From contig JBKAGP010000001.1 in assembly GCA_046290465.1 (NCBI GenBank), positions 1,664,001-1,728,000 on the forward strand: a DNA stretch of 64,000 bases. Direction: 5' to 3'. Both the position numbers and the translations under genes were made by a program. Numbering within the stretch: position 1 is the first letter of the stretch; each line of letters starts with the position of its first letter. The DNA comes from Planctomycetota bacterium (lineage in GTDB: Bacteria; Planctomycetota; UBA1135; UBA2386). The notes beneath the pieces were generated by a model. The model was not told where the DNA came from, did not search any database, and saw nothing but the letters and a program-made list of their open reading frames with translations. Positions 38,826 to 45,922 of the stretch are shown piece after piece.

Positions 38826-41420
38826 ATGGCTCTCGAACATCCGCGCCTTCTCGCTGCTTCGCTGACGGTCGCCTTCCTGGCGGCCTCCTGCTCCACCCCG
38901 AACGACGGCTCCAACGAGTCGTCGAACCCGAACGTCGCCAACGAGTCCAACTCGAACGGCGGCTCGGCGATGACGGGCGAGCCTTCCTCCAACCAAGACC
39001 CGCAGTCCCCCGGCCGGCAAGGCCAGGGCACGGTCGCCGACCAGCGCAAGGCCGTGCTGGTTGCCAACTGGCTCGACAATGCGCGCAAGCTGCGCATGCA
39101 GGGCGAGCTGCAGGCGGCCAAGCTCGAGCTGCTGAAGGCCAAGGACCTGGCGCCCACCAACGAGCAGGTGCGCAGCGAACTGGCTGCGGTGCAGGCCGAG
39201 CTCGGCGAGCCGGTCGGCGTCATCACCACCTACGGTGACGAGGTCATGCGCCTGCAGAAGATCGCCGAGGAGCGCGCCCGCGCCACGGTGCAGAACCAGC
39301 TGCAGACCGCCCAGCAGCAGATGGCGGACAAGAACTTCGCCGGCGCGATCGAAGAGCTGCGCCGCGCGTCGCTCGCGATCGAGATCAAGGACGACGTCGA
39401 CTGGATGGGCCTGCCCAGCCAGGTCGCCGCGGCCAAGGCCGAGGCCGAGCGCCTCTACGACGAGCAGCAACGCTCCAGCCAGGCGGCCGAGAACGCCCAG
39501 CTGGCCGAGCAGCTGCGCCGCGAGTTCGAGCGCAACCAGGCGCGCAAGCGCGCGCAGGTCGACGGCCTGATCCAGCAGTCGCAGGTTGCCTTCGAGGCGC
39601 GCCAGTTCGAGCGTTCGCAGGACTTCGCCCAGCGCGCGCTGGAGATGGACCCGTCGAACTCGCTGGCCTACGAGATGCTCAACGCCGCGACCAAGGCGGC
39701 GCGTGACTCGGCCAACGACGACTACTGGCGCCGTCGCGCCCTCGAGATCCGGCAGATGCTCGAGGCGCACGAGGAGCTCAAGACGCCCCAGACCGACATC
39801 CTGGTCATGGACGACGAGGTCTGGGAGCGCGCCAACCGGCGCAGCACCCGCCGCGGCGACAAGCGCCTGCTCAGCCCCGAGGACGCGGCGCTGACGCAGC
39901 TGGTCGACACCGCGCAGGTCGGCCGTCTCACCTACACGGACGAGACCGGCGCCTACCTCGACGTGCTCAAGAACCTGAGCCTGATCACGGGCGTGCAGAT
40001 CCTGACCACGCCGGAAGCGCGCACCGTCATCGAGGACGAGAGCCTGACCGTCGTCATCGAGCTGGCCTCGTCGATGACGCTCAAGAACTTCCTCAACCAC
40101 ATGGTCTCGCGCAGCGAGAACCTCGCCTGGACGATCCGCGAAGGCGTGGTCGTGGTCGGCGACAAGTCGCAGGCCGCCGGCACGCTGATCACCGAGATCT
40201 ACCCGGTCAAGGACCTGATCTTCCAGCAGACGCAGTTCCTGCCGCCGACCATCCGCGACATCCCGACCGAGGACGCCGGCGATGTCCCGCGCACCGGCGG
40301 TGAGGGCGACGATCCGATCGCCGGCATCGAGCTGACCGACCTGGTCGACACGCTGATGAACGCCACGGACCCGACCTACTGGGAGACCGAAGGCGTCGAG
40401 ATCCGCCCGGAGGACTCGGGCCTGCTGTCGGTGACGGCGAGCCCGGAGATGCAGGACAAGCTGGTCAAGGTGCTGGCGAACATGCGTCGCTTCCAGACGC
40501 CGATCGTCACCATCGACTCGAAGTTCCTGACCATCTCCCGCAACTTCCTGCAGGAGATCGGCATCGACATCCGCGGCCTCGGCGGCTCGGGCAACAAGGG
40601 CGACACCGTGTCGCTCGACGACGTCACCAACGGCCTGGTCAACAACGCTTCGCGCGGCCAGGACAACGGCGGCACCGGCGACCCGGCGGCCAACCCGCTG
40701 GCCGGCGCGTTCTTCAACGACGGCAGCGACGGCGACATCCGCGCCCGCACCGAGAACTACTTCGTCAACGACCTGGGTCGCGTGCTCTCCCCCACCGGTG
40801 GCCTGACCGCCGGCTGGACGCTGATCGACGACACCCAGCTCAACCTGATCCTGCGCGCCGTCGAGAAGCGCCAGGACGGCGAGGTCGTCAACAGCCAGAT
40901 CCTGTCGGTCGTCAACCGCGGCCGCGGCCACGTCGCCGTCATCAACCAGACGGCCTACGTGCGCGACTTCGACGTCGAAGTGGCGCAGGCGGCGTTCATC
41001 GCCGACCCGAAGGTCGACGTGATCCAGGACGGCATCGTGCTGGACGTGCAGCCGATCATCCAGAACGACCGGAAGTACATCACGCTCAACCTCAACCCGA
41101 CGGTTGCCGAACTGCAGCGCCCGATCCCGACGTTCACGACGTCGCTCGCCGGCTCGACGCTGCCGGTCACGGTCCAGCTGCCGAACCTCACGGTCACGAA
41201 CTTCTCGACGACCGTGAAGGTCCCGGACGGCGGCACGGTGCTGCTGGGCGGCCTGCGTCAGGTGCTCACCAAGGAGCGCCGCGCCGAGGTCCCGCTGCTG
41301 TCGCGCCTGCCGCTGATCTCGTTCCTGTTCAAGCAGGAGGGCTCGGCCGACGAGAACCGCAGCCTGATGGTGATGGTGCGCGCGCAGATCACCGACATCG
41401 TCGAAGAGAGCGAGCGCTAG
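38826..41420 (+). CDS. Secretin-family outer-membrane lipoprotein B, paralog of 29134-31752
   Basis: Lipobox FLAASC; coiled-coil/TPR N-terminus; IVTIDSKFL, AYVRDFDVEVAQAA, GIVLDVQP, TTVKVPDGGTVLLGG, VPLLSRLPLISFLF..LMVMVRA. Confidence 0.88.
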   Translation: MALEHPRLLAASLTVAFLAASCSTPNDGSNESSNPNVANESNSNGGSAMTGEPSSNQDPQSPGRQGQGTVADQRKAVLVANWLDNARKLRMQGELQAAKLELLKAKDLAPTNEQVRSELAAVQAELGEPVGVITTYGDEVMRLQKIAEERARATVQNQLQTAQQQMADKNFAGAIEELRRASLAIEIKDDVDWMGLPSQVAAAKAEAERLYDEQQRSSQAAENAQLAEQLRREFERNQARKRAQVDGLIQQSQVAFEARQFERSQDFAQRALEMDPSNSLAYEMLNAATKAARDSANDDYWRRRALEIRQMLEAHEELKTPQTDILVMDDEVWERANRRSTRRGDKRLLSPEDAALTQLVDTAQVGRLTYTDETGAYLDVLKNLSLITGVQILTTPEARTVIEDESLTVVIELASSMTLKNFLNHMVSRSENLAWTIREGVVVVGDKSQAAGTLITEIYPVKDLIFQQTQFLPPTIRDIPTEDAGDVPRTGGEGDDPIAGIELTDLVDTLMNATDPTYWETEGVEIRPEDSGLLSVTASPEMQDKLVKVLANMRRFQTPIVTIDSKFLTISRNFLQEIGIDIRGLGGSGNKGDTVSLDDVTNGLVNNASRGQDNGGTGDPAANPLAGAFFNDGSDGDIRARTENYFVNDLGRVLSPTGGLTAGWTLIDDTQLNLILRAVEKRQDGEVVNSQILSVVNRGRGHVAVINQTAYVRDFDVEVAQAAFIADPKVDVIQDGIVLDVQPIIQNDRKYITLNLNPTVAELQRPIPTFTTSLAGSTLPVTVQLPNLTVTNFSTTVKVPDGGTVLLGGLRQVLTKERRAEVPLLSRLPLISFLFKQEGSADENRSLMVMVRAQITDIVEESER

Positions 41421-41461
41421 TCGCCGACCAGACCCGCCGCCGGAGGACGACCGGCGGCGAG

Positions 41462-41506
41462 CGAACGAGCCGCCGCGGCCCTGGCCGCGGCGGCTCGTTC
41501 GGTTTT
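41462..41506 (+). terminator. Intrinsic terminator after secretin B
   Basis: 18-bp perfect stem CGAACGAGCCGCCGCGGC-CCTG-GCCGCGGCGGCTCGTTCG followed by GTTTT. Confidence 0.75.
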
Positions 41507-41611
41507 GCGCGCTTGCTGCGCGCGCGCACCTTGCCAGCGCGCCCGTCTTGCGCCACAACTAACCGGCGGAGTCTCTCCCCCACCGCGCCCGGACTTGGCG
41601 AGCCCACCACC

Positions 41612-42331
41612 ATGACCAAGCCCCTCGACGCCATCTTCTTCGACATCGACGACACGCTGTTCTCGACGACCGTGTTCGCCGACAAGGCGCGTCGCAACGC
41701 CGTCGACGCGATGATCCGCGCCGGTCTGCAGGCCGACCGCAAGGACGCGATGCGCGAGTTGGAGGACGTGATCGCCGAGTTCTCGAGCAACTACGGCGGC
41801 CACTTCGACAAGGTGCTGGATCGCCTCGGCAAGGAGTCGCACGAGGGCCACAACCGGGCCGTCATCGTGGCCGCCGGCGTGGTCGCCTACCACGGCACCA
41901 AGGAGAGCGAGCTGAAGGTCTACGACGACGTCTACGCGACGCTGAAGTGGCTCGCCGACAAGCCAATCGTGCGCGGCATCATCTCGGCCGGCATCACGAT
42001 CAAGCAGGCCGAGAAGCTCGTGCGCCTCGACGTGCTCGAGTTCGTCACGCCGTCGGCGATCTTCTTCACCGACCAGGTCGGCTTCAGCAAGCCCAACCAC
42101 AAGCTCTACAAGCGCGCGCTGCAGCCGTTCGGGCTCGACCCGTCGCGCTGCATCTACGTCGGCGACAACCCGACGCACGACATCGATCCCTGCAACGAGC
42201 TCGGCTGGACCACCGTGCGCATCCGCCGCAGCGGCCGCTACGCGCACGTCGACGGCCAGACCGAGGCCGACCACGAGATCCGCGACTTCCTCGAACTGCG
42301 CCGCCTGCTCGAGACCGAGTACGGGCTGTAG
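41612..42331 (+). CDS. HAD-superfamily hydrolase, subfamily IA
   Basis: Motif I FFDIDDTL, motif II GIISAG, motif III SKP, motif IV YVGDNPTHDI. Confidence 0.9.
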   Translation: MTKPLDAIFFDIDDTLFSTTVFADKARRNAVDAMIRAGLQADRKDAMRELEDVIAEFSSNYGGHFDKVLDRLGKESHEGHNRAVIVAAGVVAYHGTKESELKVYDDVYATLKWLADKPIVRGIISAGITIKQAEKLVRLDVLEFVTPSAIFFTDQVGFSKPNHKLYKRALQPFGLDPSRCIYVGDNPTHDIDPCNELGWTTVRIRRSGRYAHVDGQTEADHEIRDFLELRRLLETEYGL

Positions 42332-42429
42332 CGGCCGATCGGTCTCGGTGACCAGGAGCAGGGTGGCCAGGCGCACGGTGGCCTGGCGCACGGTGGCCAG
42401 GCTGCGACCAGCGCCCCGCGCCTACGCCC

Positions 42430-43521
42430 CTACTTGAGCTGCTCCCAGAAGTCCTCGGGCATGTCGTGCGCGATCTTCAGCGCGCCGTTGCTGCCGCCGT
42501 AGATCGGCTCCTCGATGCGGATCACCTTGCCGCCGCCGAGGTGCTCCTTCATCGCGTTCTCGACCGCGCTGTCGAGTCCCTTGACCATCGAACCGCCGCC
42601 GGCGAGCAGCACGCGGTCCTTCAGCCGGGCCTGGAACTCCGGGTCGAACGTCGAGACCAGCTTCTTGATGCCCTCGAGGATCGGCTCGATCAGGATCGAG
42701 CAGGCCTTCTGCAGCTGGTCGGTCAGGTCGAACTGGGTCGGCTTGCCGTCGACCGGCAGCTCGACCTTGACGCGCTCGGGGGCGTCTCCGACGAAGCCGT
42801 AGCGCTCCTTGATCTGCTTGATCATCTGCACCGTGAACTGCGCGCCCGGGCAGCTCGCTTCGATCTGCCTCGCCAGCTCGGCATCGACCGCGTCGCCGGC
42901 GATGTCGAACATCACCTGGTCGGTCTCCTCCGGCATCGTGCCGTGCATGCGGCAGAGGTCGGTGGTGCCTGCGCCGATGTCGATGACCAGCACGTCCTCG
43001 AGCCAGTCGAGGCCGTAGGCGACCGCGAACGGCTCCGAGCACAGCATCACCGAGTCGACCGTCTCGCGAGCGGCTTCGATGATCGCCTCGCGGTTCTTCA
43101 TCGAGGCTTCGGCCGGCGCGCCGATCACGCAGTAGACCAGCTCGTCCGAGCGCGGCTTGGCCAGCCGGATGGCTTCGGCGATCAGGTCACGCGCGGCCTT
43201 CATGTTGGCCTTGGACTCCTCGTCGGCGTCGGCGCCGCTCTTGATGACGCCCTTCTCGAGCGGCTTGTAGAGCTTCAGCGACATGCGCTTCTCGATCGCT
43301 TCCTTGCCGAACAGCACGTCCTTCTTGAGGAGCTTCTTGGCGACGACGTCCTTCGGGTAGCCGACGGTCGAGAAGACCGTCTCGCGGACGCCGTTGCTCG
43401 CCGACACCGAAGTGCGCGACGTGCCGAGGTCCATCCCGATGTAGAGCACGCCGTGGTCCTTGTTGGCGTCGTCGCCGCCCTGACCGGCCGCGTTCGTATC
43501 CGTGTCGTTCGTATCCGTCAT
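42430..43521 (-). CDS. mamK: MamK-like bacterial actin
   Basis: LYIGMDLGTS, STVGYPKDVVAKKLL, VIGAPAEAS..N, SEPFAVAYGLD.L, IDIGAGTTDLC.MHGT.P..DQ, QARLKDRVLLAGGGS, GALKIA..MP..FWEQL. These follow the MamK-specific pattern as I recall it (VVGYPKD, SEPF..YGL, GTVP..EDQ, C-terminal YW..L) rather than MreB. Confidence 0.85.
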   Translation of the reverse strand: MTDTNDTDTNAAGQGGDDANKDHGVLYIGMDLGTSRTSVSASNGVRETVFSTVGYPKDVVAKKLLKKDVLFGKEAIEKRMSLKLYKPLEKGVIKSGADADEESKANMKAARDLIAEAIRLAKPRSDELVYCVIGAPAEASMKNREAIIEAARETVDSVMLCSEPFAVAYGLDWLEDVLVIDIGAGTTDLCRMHGTMPEETDQVMFDIAGDAVDAELARQIEASCPGAQFTVQMIKQIKERYGFVGDAPERVKVELPVDGKPTQFDLTDQLQKACSILIEPILEGIKKLVSTFDPEFQARLKDRVLLAGGGSMVKGLDSAVENAMKEHLGGGKVIRIEEPIYGGSNGALKIAHDMPEDFWEQLK

Positions 43522-43548
43522 GAGTTCCTAACCTCCAACTGGCGGACC

Positions 43549-44343
43549 TCAGGCGCCCTTGCTGCGCTTCTGCAGCTTCAGGTTGGCCTTGAAGATGTCC
43601 GCCATCAGTTCTTTCTTCTTGCCGGCCTGCGTGTCGGATTCGTCGAGGCCCTGGACCTCACGATAGATCGACGAGATCCCGGACTCGACATCCTTCATCG
43701 CCGAGACCTTCGCGAGCCGCTGCTCGGTCGACGCCAGCGTATCGTTGAGCTTCTTGATGCGCCGCTGCAGGTTGCCGACCTCGCGGTCCTGCAGCGCCTT
43801 GCGCGCGGTCTCGGCGGTCTTGCGCTCACCGCCGACGACGTCCATCACCAGCGCCATCAGCCGCTCTTCGACGGTGCCCATGTCGGCCTCGCCGCCGCCG
43901 GCCAGCGAACGCACGACCTCGGCGACCTTGGTCGCGATCTCGGCGTTCTCGCCCTGGTAGCGGGTCGCCAGCTCGACCGCGTCCTGCTCGAGCTTGAGCT
44001 TCAGCGCGCCCTGCTTCTGCGCCAGTTCGCGGCGCATCAGGTCGATCTCCTCCTCGGCGCGCTCACGCGCCCGCTCGACCTCGGACTTCTCGCGCTGCAG
44101 GTCCTCGTTGCTGCGCAGCAGGCGCAGGAACTCGGCCTTGGTCGACTCCGCGACCGCCTCGCGCTCGATGCCGACCAGCCGCGACTTGAGGCTGCGGTGC
44201 ACCGCCGCCTCGATCAGCGCGATGATGCGATCGATGCCGAGCACGTTGACGTTCTGGACGCCCTTCTTCTTGAGCTTGTCCAGCGACGTGCGGAACGACA
44301 TCTGCCGCACCGCGTCCTTCAGCGTCTCCTTGAACCCGGCCAC
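43549..44343 (-). CDS. Coiled-coil protein of unknown function
   Basis: GTG start 4 nt after the upstream stop; two long heptad regions (LQREKSEVERARERAEEEIDLMRRELAQ; EVGNLQRRIKKLNDTLASTEQRL); no TM. Confidence 0.8.
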   Translation of the reverse strand: MAGFKETLKDAVRQMSFRTSLDKLKKKGVQNVNVLGIDRIIALIEAAVHRSLKSRLVGIEREAVAESTKAEFLRLLRSNEDLQREKSEVERARERAEEEIDLMRRELAQKQGALKLKLEQDAVELATRYQGENAEIATKVAEVVRSLAGGGEADMGTVEERLMALVMDVVGGERKTAETARKALQDREVGNLQRRIKKLNDTLASTEQRLAKVSAMKDVESGISSIYREVQGLDESDTQAGKKKELMADIFKANLKLQKRSKGA

Positions 44344-44346
44344 GCG

Positions 44347-45117
44347 CTACTCCGCCTCCTCCGGGATCGGGTCGTAGGCCAGCCGCCGGTCGCTGTCCGG
44401 GTCCTGGCCGCGCACCTCGGTGACGAACGTGCCGAGCACGTTGCCGCCCATGTCGCTGAGCACCTGCCACGCGTCGCGCGACTGCTTCTTCAGCGAGTGC
44501 TCGAGCCGCACCACCAGCAGCGTGCCGTCGGCCGCCGACGACAGCACGCCGGCGTCGGTCGACGGCAGCACCGGCGGCGTGTCGATGACGACGTACTGGA
44601 ACCGTTCCTTCAGCCGCTGCAGCAGCTGATCGAGGCGCGACGAGCTGAGCACCTCGGCCGGATTCTCGACGCGCGAACCGGCCCCCAGCAACATCAGGTT
44701 GCGGTAGCCCGCGGGGCGCAGCAGCTTGTCGACCGGCGCGTGGCCGAGCAGCACGTCGGTCAGGCCGGCCTCGTGGTTGAGGTTGAGGTAGCGCTCGCAG
44801 CTCGGCCGCCGCAGGTCCGCGTCGACCAGCACGACCTCCTGCCGCTCGAGTTCGGCGAACGCCATCGCGAGGTTCAGCGCCGACACCGTCTTGCCCTCGC
44901 CGCGCACCGCCGAGGTCACCACCAGCGTCTTCGGCTCGCCGTCCGGGTTCATCGCCACCAGGCGGTTGCGCAGCCCGCGCACCTGCTCGGCGCGGAAGCC
45001 CGCAGGCTCGTGGAACAGCACCAGGTACGGGTTCACCGACTGGTCGACGACGACGACCATGTCGTCCTCCCCGAGCTCGGGATCACCTGGTTGGGTTGGC
45101 TTCTTGCGACGGAACAT
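44347..45117 (-). CDS. CpsD/CapB (BY-kinase)-like P-loop ATPase
   Basis: AEQVRGLRNRL, Walker A TSAVRGEGKT, A' LVDADLRRP, GLTDVL, NPAEVL, Walker B VIDTPP, DGTLLVVR. Confidence 0.87.
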   Translation of the reverse strand: MFRRKKPTQPGDPELGEDDMVVVVDQSVNPYLVLFHEPAGFRAEQVRGLRNRLVAMNPDGEPKTLVVTSAVRGEGKTVSALNLAMAFAELERQEVVLVDADLRRPSCERYLNLNHEAGLTDVLLGHAPVDKLLRPAGYRNLMLLGAGSRVENPAEVLSSSRLDQLLQRLKERFQYVVIDTPPVLPSTDAGVLSSAADGTLLVVRLEHSLKKQSRDAWQVLSDMGGNVLGTFVTEVRGQDPDSDRRLAYDPIPEEAE

Positions 45118-45325
45118 GCAGACGGACGCGGCTGTAGCCGCTCATCGGGTTTTCGGAATCCGTGCGGGTCGCACTTGTTCCGGACTGGATGCGATTGGCG
45201 GATACGAGACGCCCGCACGGGCGGGCAGCCGCTGTGGGCGCCGGCAAGCCGCCATGCGAACGGCAACTCGTGACGTGGTGCGCGCCCACGGCTTTGCAGT
45301 GTATAGCGATTTGGAATCGCGGGGA

Positions 45326-45922
45326 CTACGGACAAACGCGTCCGGAAAAACCGGGGCCCGAGAATGCTCCGGTGCCATCGAGGTCGAACGTCAGCCAGCC
45401 GAACCGGAACCGGTAGGCCTCGACCGCGCCACTGGCGCCGAGCGTCGCCGTGACCTCGCCGCCGCCCAGCGCCGGGCAGAGCCGCACCTCGGTACGGCCG
45501 CCATCGGCCGCGCGCTCGGCCAGCACGCGCGCCGACGTCGGCGGCACGGCCAGTTCGGCCAGGATGCCGGCGAGCACCAGCGCCAGGTGCGGCTCGGCGT
45601 CGGCCAGCGGCGGCGGCGCCCGGTAGTCGCCGTCCGGCGTGCTCGCCGCAAGGCCGCCCTGCCGTGCCGTGACGTCGAGCACCTTGCCACCGATGTCCGG
45701 AAACAGCTGCACGCGCAGCACCCCGTCGGACCGGTCCCAGACGCCGTCGAACACGCCGGCGAGCTGGTCGGACTCGAGTTCGAGCACGAACGTGCCGCCG
45801 AGCTGGCCGGCGAGCGGCATCGGCGCGACGCGCTGCAGCGTGCTCGCGGTCGGCGGCCCGAACGAACGGCACCCGGCGACCACGAGCAGCGCCAGCAACA
45901 GCGACCGCGAGCGCCTCGTCAT
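45326..45922 (-). CDS. Hypothetical lipoprotein (last gene of the MMPL operon)
   Basis: MTRRSRSLLLALLVVAG-C lipobox; ATG overlaps the MMPL stop; beta-rich (LolA/LolB-like is a guess). Confidence 0.6.
   Translation of the reverse strand: MTRRSRSLLLALLVVAGCRSFGPPTASTLQRVAPMPLAGQLGGTFVLELESDQLAGVFDGVWDRSDGVLRVQLFPDIGGKVLDVTARQGGLAASTPDGDYRAPPPLADAEPHLALVLAGILAELAVPPTSARVLAERAADGGRTEVRLCPALGGGEVTATLGASGAVEAYRFRFGWLTFDLDGTGAFSGPGFSGRVCP

Noticed and set aside
29134..41420. Canonical T2SS, T3SS, T4P or Tad cluster
   Set aside because: No ATPase, inner-membrane platform, pilin/pseudopilin or export-apparatus genes in the window.
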